64,000 nucleotides of DNA from NCBI GenBank assembly GCA_963666215.2, contig CAXWPL010000005.1, forward strand, positions 640,001-704,000. The letters are read 5' to 3'. Shown piece after piece: positions 40,927-52,468 of this stretch. The notes under the pieces are model-generated. The model searched no databases. It was not told the DNA's origin and was given only the letters and a program-made list of their open reading frames with translations. How positions within the stretch are numbered: position 1 is the first letter of the stretch; each line of letters starts with the position of its first letter. A program made the translations under genes and the position numbers. Source of the DNA: Acidobacteriota bacterium (lineage in GTDB: Bacteria; Acidobacteriota; UBA890; WLXD01).

Positions 40927-41232
40927 TCACTCGGTATCCGGACGGATAGGCTGGCGGTGAGAACGATCGACGGTCCCGGTGTGGAGGACTCGCTCCTGCA
41001 TCCCGACGAGCGCGTGACCGGAACCTCTCCGCGCGTGGCGCCGACCGGAGAGCTCACCATCGTCACCGACGGTCAGGATGACACTGTCTTCTGTCCCTTC
41101 GACGTGTATGGCAATGCGGCTGGCACGGCGCGCGTTGGTGATCGCCTCCTGCGCCACTCGGTAGAGGGCGACCTCCACCGACGGCAAGAGGTCGCCGAGC
41201 TCACCGGCGAAGCGTCGGCCGGCCTTCGGCAC
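40927..41232 (-). pseudogene. Histidine kinase HATPase fragment (NarX-like)
   Basis: LYRVAQEAITNA, VGDDG, GHALVGMQERV. Confidence 0.75.
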
Positions 41233-41454
41233 GACGTCGACTCGAACTCGACGGTCGGCTCATGCACAAGCGCGAGGCGAACGCGGGACACGGAGGGGAA
41301 TCGGGAGACAGGGGCGAACTCGGGGTGCTCGCCGGTTTCGTGCATGGCGAGCCTCCGAATCCTGAAGTACGTGATCTGCGCTCAATCCTAGCCAGGGCCG
41401 CGACCGAGCCGAAGACGCCTGTTCGTGCCGAAGCGGCAACACCCCGGTTTCCCT

Positions 41455-41770
41455 GACGGCACGCGTGTGGCCTTCGAGGACGACGTCCTGGTGACCGAGG
41501 ACGGGTACGAGTGGCTGAGCCGCTTCATCCCGATCGAGATCGACGAGGTCGAGGCGTTGCGACGCGAAGCTCCAGCCATCGACCCGAGTCCGTTGCTACT
41601 CCCACTGCCTCAACGGTAGCAACGCTCGGCGGCGAGGACGGGTACGAGTGGCTGAGCCGCTTCATCCCGATCGAGATCGACGAGGTCGAGGCGTTGCGAC
41701 GCGAAGCTCCAGCCATCGACCCGAGTCCGTTGCTACTCCCACTGCCTCAACGGTAGCAACGCTCGGCGGC
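41455..41770 (+). repeat. Near-identical copy of the M24 gene 3-prime end (38314-38478) plus a 137-bp tandem duplication
   Basis: 41455-41619 matches 38314-38478 with a few substitutions; 41497-41633 is repeated at 41634-41770. Confidence 0.93.
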
Positions 41771-41784
41771 AAATGAGCGTCGAC

Positions 41785-42220
41785 GGTACTGTGAAGTTAG
41801 CGGCCAGCCTGGCACAGTCCGGCGATGGTATGCGAGATTCAGCCTCGACTACGACCGGAAGCTAGGAGCCTGTCCGAGTAATGGGAGTCAAGTGGCTCCA
41901 GCGGTTCTTACAGACTCAGGGGCCCGAATCAGCCCCCGCGCGGCGCAGCACGATGAACCCTAGGGTCTGCCCTGGCTTGCTCGCGCAAGCGCATACCCAC
42001 GACCGCAGTGTGCCCTTCATCTCGGTCCGCCTGCTTGATCCACTGATGGATCGTCCAGTACGACGGTTCGAACTCCTGGGCCAGCTCGTAGGCGCTCCGG
42101 CCGGCTCTTGCCAGCTCAATAATCTGTTGCCGGTACTTCGGCGGATACGGTCTCGTTCTTGCCATGGTGGACATCCTCCACCCCAAGCTCTAGACCGTCC
42201 ACGTAACCGAGGCAACTCCA
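41785..42220. mobile_element. Nested IS scars: IS6 left end, IS5-like IR and IS3 orfA left end
   Basis: GGTACTGTGAAGTT...CTGGCACAGTCCGGCGATG as at 36302; GAGCCTGTCCGAGTAA; minus-strand TGGAGTTGCCTCGGTT IR with MARTRPYPPKYRQQIIELARAGRS. Confidence 0.75.
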
Positions 42221-42294
42221 GAATTTACATCGACCTGCCGGATTGGAACCGCGAGGACTGGGCCTACGTCGACGTGCGAACGCGTGCCTCAGGA

Positions 42295-42692
42295 GGCGTC
42301 GCGCGCCAGGCTCCCGGCCGCGCGCCTCTATCCACGCCTGTAGGGCATCGAGAGCGCCGTTGGTTGCGTACCCCACACGGTCCTTGCGCCCCTTGCCGCC
42401 GCGCACTGTGAGCGCCCCTGTAGCCTGGTCGTAGTTCTCCAGCTTCAGCGCCACCAGCTCGGAACGCCGGAGCCCGCCTCCGTAGAGCACGGCAAGGATC
42501 GCGGCGTCTCTTGCGCCTGACGGAGAGTCGTCGCCAGCACAGGTGGCGAAGAGCGCACGGAGCTCGCCGGCTGCGAGAGCACGACCGCGGGGGAGTCGCT
42601 CGGCACGGATCGAGGGCAGGTCGACCGCTCGGTGGTAGCTCTCAGCGTCAACCAGTCCGAGCCGCCAAGCCTCGCGCAGCACTCCACGCAGG
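42295..42692 (-). pseudogene. Tyrosine recombinase internal fragment
   Basis: [18 protein letters not shown]...RGGKGRKDR; abuts an IS end TTTTTCAGCAGCCTGCTAG. Confidence 0.8.
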
Positions 42693-42783
42693 AGTTTTTC
42701 AGCAGCCTGCTAGAGAACGTTTGGGGCATTCGTTGACGAGAATCCCGGCGCGTGGTACGCCGATCCCGGTACGAGCTGTGTTC

Positions 42784-43299
42784 TCAAGCCAAAACAGACA
42801 CCAATAACACAAGGATCAACAGTTGAACGATCCAGCCGATCACGCAAACCCCTACAGCTCGCGATGTGCTCTCATAATCAAGGGCTTGTCTGACCGCGAT
42901 AACCATCGCCACTAGCATCCAAATCGAGGCAACGAGAAAAAGCGGCCCTGCCAGCCCTGGAATGATGCCGAATACTCGAATCAAGCCGGGGGAGCTCGAA
43001 AATCCAATAGTGCGCAGTAATTCGCCGAGATCTGCTTCGGTCTGTGGCTCTGGAAGGAATTTCGTGCCAATAAAGTAGGTGAGATAGGCCCAGACATACC
43101 ATCCGATAAGGGCTGCGATCGTCCCTACCAAAATCCCGACAAGCCCTCCGATTGCAGCGCTTCCTACTCCAGCGGCCATGCTGGACAGAACAACAACCCC
43201 CATGGCCTGACCCATTGCCCCCGTGTCAGCCTCAACCTCTTCATACAACTGAGCATCTAGCTTGGCAGCGCGAATAATACGATCCCCAAAAGTAGTCAT
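42784..43299 (-). CDS. YIP1-family membrane protein (lower GC than flanks)
   Basis: RAAKLDAQLYEEVEAD, LLRTIGFSSSPG, AVRQALDY; multi-TM. Confidence 0.82.
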   Translation of the reverse strand: MTTFGDRIIRAAKLDAQLYEEVEADTGAMGQAMGVVVLSSMAAGVGSAAIGGLVGILVGTIAALIGWYVWAYLTYFIGTKFLPEPQTEADLGELLRTIGFSSSPGLIRVFGIIPGLAGPLFLVASIWMLVAMVIAVRQALDYESTSRAVGVCVIGWIVQLLILVLLVSVLA

Positions 43300-43409
43300 T
43301 GGCTCACCGCTTCCCGTGGTTCATTTCGACTACGCAGTTTCAAGGTGTGCATCCCTGAGGTCGTTCTCGATCCAGGCGAGAAGCGTGGGCCAGGAGGGGC
43401 ACGTGTCGC

Positions 43410-43890
43410 TCACCGTCCCGTCGGCACCCGCTCCCTCAACTCCTCGAACCAGTTGAGGACGACGTTGATCTGGCGTGGATTCGGGGGCAGAGGTTCCTCG
43501 GTCACCATGATAAACCGACCGTCACGGTCGACATCGTATGCTGCCATGTTGCCGGAGACCCGGTACACACCCGAGTACCTGAAGAGCGGCTCCGGACGAC
43601 CTGGAGTGAAACCCGTCGAGAGGGGGGTCGACACCGCCGCGATGCCCTGAAGAGGTATCGCGATAGTAGAGTTCCGACCCATCAGGCGACCAAACCGGCC
43701 CGGTTCCTCCAGCCTCCGAGATCTTCCGTTCCGTCCCCTCGGTCTTCGGATACGGTCGCGCCCATACCTCCCCCGCGGAGTTGTAGGCGATCCACCCTCC
43801 ATCGGGAGAGAACATCGCCATGTGCTCGATAGCGGGCGTATCGAGAAACTCGACCGGAGCTTGGTCTCCGGGTGCGAACGTCCAGATGGC
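43410..43890 (-). pseudogene. C-terminal PD40 fragment of a kinase-propeller protein (frameshifted)
   Basis: FSPDGGWIAY, PVWSPDGSELYY, VVLNWFEELRERVP. Confidence 0.8.
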
Positions 43891-43947
43891 GCTCCGCGCG
43901 AGGCGCGGACCGGAGCGGGGCCGCTCCCCTGGTAGGGAGTCATCACC

Positions 43948-46653
43948 TTGGTTGGCAAAACCCTCGGTCATTACGAGATTCTCGAACTGCTCGGTGCGGG
44001 CGGCATGGGTGAGGTGTATCGGGCGCGGGATACGACGCTGAAGCGCGAGGTGGCGATCAAGGTGCTGCCCGAGCAACTGAGCGCCGACCCGGATCGCCTC
44101 GCAAGGCTGGAGCGGGAGGCCCACCTGCTGGCGGCGCTCAGCCACGCCAACATCGCCACGATCCACGCTCTCGAAGAAGACCAGGGGGCACGCTTCCTCG
44201 TATTGGAGCTGGTGAAAGGCGAGTCGCTGGAACAGCGGCTTTCCAAGGGGCCTCTCCCGGTCGAGACGGCGCTGGACCTCTGCAAGCAGATTGCCGAAGC
44301 ACTGGAGGCCGCCCACGGCGAAGGGATCATTCACCGTGATCTGAAGCCCGCCAACGTGCTTATCACGCCCGAGGGAAAGGCCAAGGTGCTCGACTTCGGT
44401 TTGGCCAAAACGGTCGAGGCCGCTCCATCCGAAGCCGACATGAGCCGCTCGCCTACTTTGACCGTGGCGGGCACCCAAACGGGGGTGATCCTGGGAACCG
44501 CTCCCTACATGAGTCCCGAGCAAGTGCGCGGTCAGCCGCTCGACAAGCGCGCCGACATCTGGGCGTTCGGTTGCGTGCTCTATAAAGCATTGGTCGGACG
44601 GAGGGCGTTCAACAGAGAGACGGTCGCCGACACGCTCGCGGCCATCATCGAGGCCGAGCCGGACTGGGGAGCGCTGCCGACGACAACTCCGGCGCTGGTG
44701 GTAGCGCTGCTGCGTCGCTGTCTGCGGAAGAACCCGGACCGGCGCCTTCACGACATTGCAGATGCCCGCATCGAGATCGAGGAGGCGCTCGGTGAGGGGA
44801 CGGACGCCATATCTCCAATGTTAGCTGCCCCCGTCGCCGTGGAAATGACACGCGGCATCCCTTGGAAGCCGGCGGCCCCGATGGCCGTTGCCGGGCTCGT
44901 CGTTGGCAGCGTTGTCACGGGCGCGCTCGTCTGGACCTTGGTGCGGCCCGCGCCCCCTCCGCCGGTTCCGGTCGTGCGCTCCCTCTTGACCCCGTCGGCG
45001 ACGGGTCCCGTCGAGGTGCGCCAGGATGTCAACGTCGCATTGACGCCCGACGGAACATGGCTGGTTTATGTCGGGGCGCCGGATGGCAACCGGAGTCTCT
45101 ACGTCCGTTCCCTGTCGGGAATCGAAGCAACGCAGCTAACCACCACGGGGCTCGTGCCCCGAAACCCGTTCATCTCCCCCGACGGCAACTGGGTCGGTTT
45201 TTGGTCTGCACCACCCCCGACCCTCCACCGAGTATCGATTCACGGAGGTCCGCACGCGGCGATCGTCGAGGTCCCGCAGGACTCGATGCGGGGCGCGAGC
45301 TGAGGACCCGACGAAGCCATTATCTTCGCGACGCGGGCCACGGATACCGGCCTGCTGCGCGTGCCGGTCGCAGGCGGCGAGCCCGTGGTTCTCACCACCC
45401 CGAACACGGACGGCGGCGAGTTGGATCACCGTTGGCCGGAGGTGCTCCCAGGGGGTCGTGCCGTGCTCTTCGAGGTCGCCATGAGCAGCGGGCCGGAAGA
45501 CTCCCGGATTGCGGTCCACACGCTCGATGACGGCGCAACGCGGTATCTGCTAACCGGCGGAACCAATCCTCGCTACGTGCCTACCGGGCACATCGTGTAT
45601 GGGTTCGACGGAACCCTGCGCGCCGTAGGGTTCGACCTGGAGCGGCTCCAGGTCACGACGGAACCCGTTCCGGTGGTCGATGGGGTCGCGTTCGGTCTCA
45701 GGGGAAGCGTGCACTTCAGCATCTCGAACGACGGCTCGCTCGTCTACGTCACCGGTGGCTACCGCACCGAGGTCGGCGGGTATTCGCTCGTCTGGGTGGA
45801 CCGCGACGGCCGTAAGGAACCTCTCGACCTGGAGATCGACCTCTACTCGTCCCACCGACTCTCGCCCGACGGGACCCGCGTCCTTTACAACAAGCGCGAA
45901 GGGCAACACCGGGGCGACCTCCAGGTCTACGAGATCGCTCGCAATCGCTCGCAGCCACTGACGTTCACCGGGAACAACGGGCCGGCCATCTGGATGCCCG
46001 ATGGCGAACGCGTCGTGTTTCAGTCGGCTCGTGATGGAGGGGTCAATCTCTACTGGAAGGTGGCCGACGGGACGAGCGAAGTCGAACAACTGACGGAAAG
46101 TCCGGAAAGCCATGTACCGTGGTGGACCGATGGTCAGGCGCTCGTCTTCAGGTCGGGGGGTGGGGCGCATTCATTGTCGCTGGATTCTGAACGGATGCTC
46201 GGCAGTGTGCTCCAGATGAGTGGGAGGCTGGACGTGTCTCCCGACGGTAAATGGCTGGCATACGAGTCAATCGAGGATGGCGGCATCCACGTGACATCGT
46301 TCCCGGACGTCGGCCGTGGCGGCCGGTGGAGGGTGGCCGGTGAGGACGCCCGTGTCCCGGTCTGGTCGCCGGACGGGCAGGAGCTGTTCTACTACAACGG
46401 CCGCGCTCTGATGTCGCTGCCGGTCAGCACCGAACCCTCCTTTGCGTATGGCGATCCCGAGGTCGTGTTCGAAGGCCTATTCACCATCACCAATGGAGGG
46501 GCCGGCTTCAGCGTATCGCCGGACGGGCAGCGCTTTCTCATGGTGCGATCTGTGGACAGCCGGATCAACGACGGGATCAATCCTGAGGTCGTGCTGGTTC
46601 AGAACTGGTTCGAGGAGTTGAAGCGCCTCGTCCCCACGGACGGCTCACGATGA
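43948..46653 (+). pseudogene. Ser/Thr kinase-TM-PD40 propeller protein interrupted by in-frame TGA at 45301
   Basis: Complete kinase motifs; RGAS-TGA-GPDEAIIF where this family typically has RGASWGPD; ends NWFEELKRLVP. Confidence 0.88.
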
Positions 46654-46660
46654 TCGGCAC

Positions 46661-47115
46661 TGGAGTTACGCCGTTTCGGTGGACAGCTGAACGCTTGGAT
46701 TTGAGGTCGTAGCCGTAGTGCTGTTGGAACTCGTCGGAGCCGCAGAGCGGTTTCCAAGTGGCTGTGCGGATCGCGAACCCTCTCTGCCAACGTGGGGTGA
46801 GACGATGGAGGTTGGATAATTACTGAGCAAGAGTGACCTGACCCCACCGTTGGTACCACGTCGTATCTCAGTAACTCGGTGCTGACAAGGGCTGGCTGAA
46901 GCCGGCGACGGTGCAGTATGGGCTCGCCCAGCAGACCCGCGATCGGCGTGCCGAAGTCCTGCTGGCCGCCTACCGGGCGCGACCCGAGCGCTTCGTCAAC
47001 CACCCGCCCAGCCCTCCGGCCATCCCCACCGCCGTCTGGATCAACAAGCCCGCCACCCTGGAGAGTGCTCACTAATTACTCGTGACCACCGTCTCATCCG
47101 CGTTGACAGGCACCG
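46661..47115. mobile_element. Two IS3-family right-end remnants in opposite orientation
   Basis: IR TGGAGTTACGCCGTTTCGGTGGACAG; C-terminus LLAAYRARPERFVNHPPSPPAIPTAVWINKP followed by GTCTCATCCGCGTTGACA. Confidence 0.7.
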
Positions 47116-47141
47116 GCCGGCGGCTGGGAAGGCGACGTGTC

Positions 47142-47652
47142 CTATCCCCCGACGGGGTCGAAGACCGTCGCTTGGACTCTTACGGTGTCAGTACTCGAGA
47201 CTTGGATCTTCGTCTTTACCTTGCATTTACAAGACAGAACATCCGTGGCGGTGAATCCGCTCAGGTCGACTGCGTCGTCGACCTCCATGAACCTATCGTC
47301 GGACTCTTCGGAGAGTTTATCCTTCCCCCTGACTACGACGTTTCCGGCGACTTTCCCTGTGCACTTCATCTTGCCTTTGCCAGGGCTAGCGTCGAAGTAC
47401 CTGAAGGCACATATGGCCACCACACTGTCAACGGCGAGAGGTCCAAGGACCGTCCGCGGTCGACCAGGTACCTGAGATGTTCGTGCCATCCGAGTCGGCG
47501 GTGAAGCTCTCGAAGTTCTGGATGAACAGTCCGCTTCTGTCAGGACTGAAGCCGTTAGGCGCATCATTCTGTTGTTGCGCGCCCGTCCAGCCAACGCCGA
47601 CGAAGAAAACTACCGGAATCGAACACATCCACAAACGGGCAACTCTCCGCAT
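47142..47652 (-). pseudogene. Secreted hypothetical protein, frameshifted near 47440
   Basis: GAGG RBS and signal peptide in 47428-47652; beta-rich continuation in the 47142 frame. Confidence 0.5.
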
Positions 47653-47877
47653 GTCCCACTGCCTCCTCGGGCTCGTGCGTCCACTCGCGTTCTCGCGAGT
47701 TCGGACCCCGACCCCTGTTGCTGGACAAAACCTCTTTGCTGCCTGGACGATGGCGAGTTACGGCCGTTTATCGCCCATTCGACTAACGGTGTCCAGGGCT
47801 ACTACCCAACGAGAGTTGTTGGCCAGCATCCCAGGCGCACCCTGGCCGTTGAGCGGAGGACACCCAAGTTGTGCCCG

Positions 47878-48012
47878 GTGAGCGCCCCTGTGGCCTCGTC
47901 GTAGTTCTCCAGCTTCAGCGCCACGAGCTCGGAGCGCCGGAGGCCCCCTCCGTAGAGCACGGCAAGGATGGCAGCGTCTCGCGCGCCCTATGGAGAGTCG
48001 TCGGCAGCGCAG
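47878..48012 (-). pseudogene. Second tyrosine recombinase fragment, paralogous to 42407-42543
   Basis: Shared GTGAGCGCCCCTGT...GTAGTTCTCCAGCTTCAGCGCCAC...CCGTAGAGCACGGCAAGGAT. Confidence 0.8.
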
Positions 48013-48055
48013 GAAGATCTCCGAGCGGCTCGGCTTTGTCTCGCCCTTGCTGAAC

Positions 48056-48372
48056 TGCCTGGGGCCAGGGGTTCGAGGTTGAGGCCGCCATAGGGCAGCG
48101 TTTCAGTCATGAGCATGTAGAGGGTCACGCCTACTGCAAAAACGTCTGCAGAGGTGTCCGGGGCTGTGGCTAGAAACAGCTCGGGGGCCATGAACGCTGG
48201 GGTGCCAAGTAGGCGACCGTCGACCGTGAGCTGCTCTTGATTCTTCGTGCCACCGATGAACTTCGCCGTGCCAAAGTCGGTGAGCTCTATCACCTCTCCT
48301 CGGGCGCTTTGGTGCACAAAGATGTTGTCAGGCTTGATGTCACGATGAATCAGGTTGAGGGCGTGCGTCTGC
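48056..48372 (-). pseudogene. Ser/Thr kinase internal fragment
   Basis: IHRDIKPDN, DFG, GTPAFMAPE. Confidence 0.8.
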
Positions 48373-48483
48373 AGCGAGCGGTCGGTCGCCTTGCATTGTC
48401 GCGGCGTCATGTCGTCCAGGGGTCGACGGTCATGTATCCTCAGCGAATCCCCACGCTTCGAGACTGCGGATCGGTCCCCGGCC

Positions 48484-50790
48484 ATGCCAGCTGTCTCCAC
48501 CGGAGTCCGCTGCCGTTCACGAGCCGCCAGCACACCGTGGACGCAGTGGCGCCTTGCGCTCCTGGCGCTGGCCCTGGCATTCGTCCCCGCCCAGGCCTTG
48601 CCAACGCCGCAGGAGCAGGACGACGCTAGACTCGTCACCGCGGCCGACCGCCGATATCGGACGGATGCGGTCCGAACCGCAGCGGCCCCGCGGATCGACG
48701 CCCGAATCGACGAGCCAGCATGGCAGGCCGCCAGTCCGCTGACTGACTTCGTCCAGGCGCGACCGAACGAGGGAGAACCCGCCTCCGAGCTCACGGAGGT
48801 GCGCCTCATGTACGACGCCGAGGCGCTGTACGTGGCCGTCGTTGCCCACGACCGCAGCCCGGAGGAGATCGTCGCCACCGTGCTGCGGCGCGACGCCCCG
48901 CTGAGCACCGACGACAGCTTCACCCTGACCCTCGACACCTACCACGACCATCGGCGTGGGTTCTACTTCGAGGTCAACCCGATGGGCGCGAAGTTCGATG
49001 CCCAGATCGAGGGCGAGGGCGGCACCAGCGTGGCGGCACGCCTCGGCGGCGAGAGCTTCAACGCGAACTGGGACGCGGTATGGTACGCGGCCGCCCGAAT
49101 CACCGACGACGGCTGGGTGGCGGAGATCGCCATTCCGTTCTGGTCGCTGCGCTTCGATCGCGACCAACTCGACGTCTGGGGCATCAACTTCCGACGCAAC
49201 ATCCGCCGTCGCAGCGAGGAGTCCTACTGGGCGCCCATCCCACGCCAGTACGGCGCCACCCAGATGTCGGAATGGGGAGTTCTCCTGGGGCTTGCCGAGG
49301 TCAGCCAGCCTGGCAACCTGCAGGTGAAGCCCTACGCTCTCGGGGATGTCGGCGAGCTCCCCGATGGCACCGTGCACACGGACGGGAGCCTCGGGCACGA
49401 GACGAGTACCCAGCTCGATGCGGGACTCGACGTGAAGTGGGGCGCGACCCCCAACCTCACCGCCGACCTCACCTACAACACCGACTTCTCCCAGGTGGAG
49501 GCCGACGACGAGAGGATCAACCTCAGCCGCTTCTCCCTGTTCTTCCCGGAGAAGCGCGAGTTCTTCCTGGAGAATGCGGGCATCTTCGAGTTCGGGACCG
49601 GCGCCGGCGCCTCGGCGCGCGGCCTGGTCTCCGGCAGCGTGGTCGGCTTTCACTCGCGCAGCCTCGGCATCTCGGAGGACAACGAGGAGGTGCCGCTGCA
49701 CGGCGGCGCCCGCCTCACCGGCAAGCTCGGCAGCTGGACCCTCGGTCTGCTGTCGATGCAAAGCCGCTCCACCGACGATTTGCCGTCGAACAACTTCAGC
49801 GTCGTCCGTCTGCGCCGCGATCTGGGCAGTCGCTCGACGGTGGGGGTGCTGGCCACCAACCGTCAAGCGGGCGGCCACGACTACAACCGTCAGCTCGGGC
49901 TCGACGCACGATGGGCCGTGAACGCGAACACCACGCTGGACGCCTGGTGGATGCAAACCTCGACGCCCGGTCTCGAAGGCGATGAGTGGGCCGGCCAGGC
50001 CCGGCTCGGTTGGGGCACCCCGACATGGCAGATCACCGCCGCGGTGTTACAGATCGGCGACAACTTCAACCCGGAGATGGGATTCGTCGACCGTACCGGC
50101 ATCCGCAAGCTCGACGGGTCGATCCACTGGACCCCCTACCCGTCCGCCGACTGGATCCGCAACAACAGCCCTCACGTGAACATCACCAACACCACCGACA
50201 CCGGTGGCCAATTGCTGAGCCGCTTCGTGCACGCCGACTGGGACACTTTTCTGAAGCGCGGCGACAAGGTCAGCGTCGCCATCAACCACCGCTTCGAACG
50301 TCTCGATCTGCCCTTCGAGATCTTCGAGGGTATCGTCATCCCGCCGGGCGACTACACCTTCAACGAGGGCAACCTCGAGCTGCAGTCGGATACCAGCCGG
50401 GCGCTATCGGTCGGTGCCAACTACAAGGTCGGCGACTTCTGGAGCGGTAAGTATTGGCAGCTCCGGGCGACCGCGGGACTGCGTGTCAGTCCCCGCTTCG
50501 CAAGCAGCATCGCCTGGAACCACGACGACGTCGACCTGCCCCAGGGTGCTTTCACCACCGACCTGTTCAGCGCCCGAATCAACTACGACTTCAGCACCCG
50601 GCTCTTCCTGGCCGCCCTGGTGCAATACAACAGCACCGCCGACCAGGTTCTCTCCAACGTACGGCTCAACTTCATCCACACCGAGGGGGCCGACGTGTTC
50701 CTCGTCTACAACGAGCGGCGCCTGGTCGAGGATGCCGACCTCATCGACCGCGCGGTGATCCTCAAGGCCACGCACCTGCTGCGTTTCTGA
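48484..50790 (+). CDS. CBM9-like domain plus DUF5916 outer-membrane protein
   Basis: PRIDARIDEPAW, AEIAIPFWSLRF, WGINF, NTDFSQVEAD, FFPEKREFFLE, terminal Phe. Confidence 0.88.
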   Translation: MPAVSTGVRCRSRAASTPWTQWRLALLALALAFVPAQALPTPQEQDDARLVTAADRRYRTDAVRTAAAPRIDARIDEPAWQAASPLTDFVQARPNEGEPASELTEVRLMYDAEALYVAVVAHDRSPEEIVATVLRRDAPLSTDDSFTLTLDTYHDHRRGFYFEVNPMGAKFDAQIEGEGGTSVAARLGGESFNANWDAVWYAAARITDDGWVAEIAIPFWSLRFDRDQLDVWGINFRRNIRRRSEESYWAPIPRQYGATQMSEWGVLLGLAEVSQPGNLQVKPYALGDVGELPDGTVHTDGSLGHETSTQLDAGLDVKWGATPNLTADLTYNTDFSQVEADDERINLSRFSLFFPEKREFFLENAGIFEFGTGAGASARGLVSGSVVGFHSRSLGISEDNEEVPLHGGARLTGKLGSWTLGLLSMQSRSTDDLPSNNFSVVRLRRDLGSRSTVGVLATNRQAGGHDYNRQLGLDARWAVNANTTLDAWWMQTSTPGLEGDEWAGQARLGWGTPTWQITAAVLQIGDNFNPEMGFVDRTGIRKLDGSIHWTPYPSADWIRNNSPHVNITNTTDTGGQLLSRFVHADWDTFLKRGDKVSVAINHRFERLDLPFEIFEGIVIPPGDYTFNEGNLELQSDTSRALSVGANYKVGDFWSGKYWQLRATAGLRVSPRFASSIAWNHDDVDLPQGAFTTDLFSARINYDFSTRLFLAALVQYNSTADQVLSNVRLNFIHTEGADVFLVYNERRLVEDADLIDRAVILKATHLLRF

Positions 50791-50918
50791 CGCCGAGGCA
50801 CTGTCAACTGCACCGCCCGCACCTTCCGCGCGGTCACTCCTGCATCCGGAGAAGACAGAGAACAGCGCCGCCGATCATGGTCTTCATTCCGGCATGCCTC
50901 CAATGTTGATGATTCTGG

Positions 50919-51374
50919 TCAGTGCGCCGAGCCCTCGCGGCCCCGTCGCTTGCACTCGGAGCGGAGCAATCGCAGCGACTCCGTCAGGTTGCGCTGCAAC
51001 ATCTCCTGCAGCCGTCCCTGGAACCAACGGGCGGGAATACCGTCGAGGGATTCCTCGGTATGAACCATGACGCCGTCGTCGCGTGCCTCAAACCCCCACA
51101 CGTGGATCGCATCCATCCCCAGCGTCCGACCGGTCCAGGCAATCCGGTGCTCGGGCTCGACCGCTACCAGCCGCGACGCGATCGGCACGCGCCCGGCCCG
51201 CCAGCTGAACTCCGTGCCCGCCTCGATGGGGCCACCTACCACCACCCGGTTGACTCCGGGATTCCAGCGGCTCCACTCCGAGATCTTCGTCAAAATGGAC
51301 CACGCCTGGCCCAGCGGCGCGTCGACGAGCAACTCCGCCCGAGCCTGAACCGGCGCGGCGCGATCAATCTCCAC
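50919..51374 (-). CDS. SRPBCC/polyketide cyclase family protein
   Basis: VDAPLGQAWSILTKISEWSRWNP, VEPEHRIAWTG, HTEES. Confidence 0.85.
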   Translation of the reverse strand: MEIDRAAPVQARAELLVDAPLGQAWSILTKISEWSRWNPGVNRVVVGGPIEAGTEFSWRAGRVPIASRLVAVEPEHRIAWTGRTLGMDAIHVWGFEARDDGVMVHTEESLDGIPARWFQGRLQEMLQRNLTESLRLLRSECKRRGREGSAH

Positions 51375-51568
51375 GCTATTTACTCCGTGGGTTCAACCGG
51401 GGAGGTACGGCAGCCTACGATGCGCCGCGAGCGATCGCCCCGCGAGTCATACGCCCTCGTCGGTCGCCTTCGGCCTCCAGTTACGGTGCTACCGGCGTTT
51501 TCGCGGCCGCCGCCCCGAGCATGCCGCCTCGAGGCATCCAAGTCGATCTACAGGTACGGGAAACCCGC

Positions 51569-51680
51569 GTGAACCCTACCGGCACACTCCATCTCATTTT
51601 CTCCTTCGTCGCAATCGCACTCGGGGCGGTCGTCCTGAGGCTGCCCAAGGGCACCCGCTGGCACCGCACCTGGGGGCAAG
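51569..51680 (+). pseudogene. DUF2306-like membrane protein N-terminal fragment
   Basis: GTLHLIFSFVAIALGAVVLRLPKGTRWHRTWG followed by unrelated sequence. Confidence 0.55.
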
Positions 51681-52468
51681 GCGCGAGCTCATCTGGACGG
51701 AGTGGGCCGCCGGCGAGTTGCTCGAAGATGACGGCGCGCGTCGTCCGTAGCTCGAACATCGGTTCTCCTCTCCGTCAGATCGCGGGCGCGACCGTCTCCA
51801 GTCCTGCAGCTCGCGACCTTGGAGCGGGGACAGCACCGACGCGCCTAGGCGCGCCGACCTTCGCCCCGCGGTAGCTGTCGACGGCGACGGGAGGTAACCA
51901 ACCACCGCTCTCCCGGGGCCGCGACGCGGATGGTCCCGAGTCGAGCGGCCGCGCATGGCATCCGCCATCGTGCGCGGTTGCGGATACCGAACGAGCCCGG
52001 TGGCGATGGCTCGGCCGCGCAAACAACGCGACCGTGCAGGCGCTGGAGGGCGATCGAGATCGGCTCAGCACGTCGGTGAGCTCCCCCAGGCGCGCCGTGT
52101 TCGAAAGCGTCGATACCGCCAATGAGGTCGGGCTCGCTGATCGATGCGTCGGCCTCAAAAACCCGCCGCCCAAACGGCTTGTTGTGGCCTCTCCCCCGCT
52201 GTCGAAGGGAGCACGCGGACAGTAACCGCGCCCGCTAATCAGCCGTGCACGGCTCCGTAGCGGCAGAAGTTCGCCACGCAACCTCGAGCGGGGTCCCGAC
52301 GGCCGCCAGGAAGTGGGATCGAGTTCAAAACATCGCTCGACGGTTGCAAAAGCCCTGTATTTCGGTTTCAGTGTGCCGGTGTCGCCGGCTCCCTTGGCTC
52401 GCTGGTGGCGTTTTCGAAGTCCGCGTTTTCGCGTTGGTCGCGGAAGCGCATCGGAAAGGAGCGTCAGA

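Noticed and set aside
41455-41770. CRISPR array or DGR template/variable repeat
   Set aside because: The repeats are coding-gene duplicates with no spacers, and there are no cas or reverse transcriptase genes in the window.
45301-45303. In-frame TGA in the kinase-PD40 gene as Sec or a genetic code change
   Set aside because: The position corresponds to Trp (RGASWG), not Cys. Many genes here end in TGA and use TGG for Trp, so a nonsense mutation or sequencing error is more likely.
48517-49956. Long antisense and alternative-frame ORFs (also 2921-3970, 4053-5177, 33983-35230)
   Set aside because: Shadow ORFs of well-supported genes, expected at high GC.
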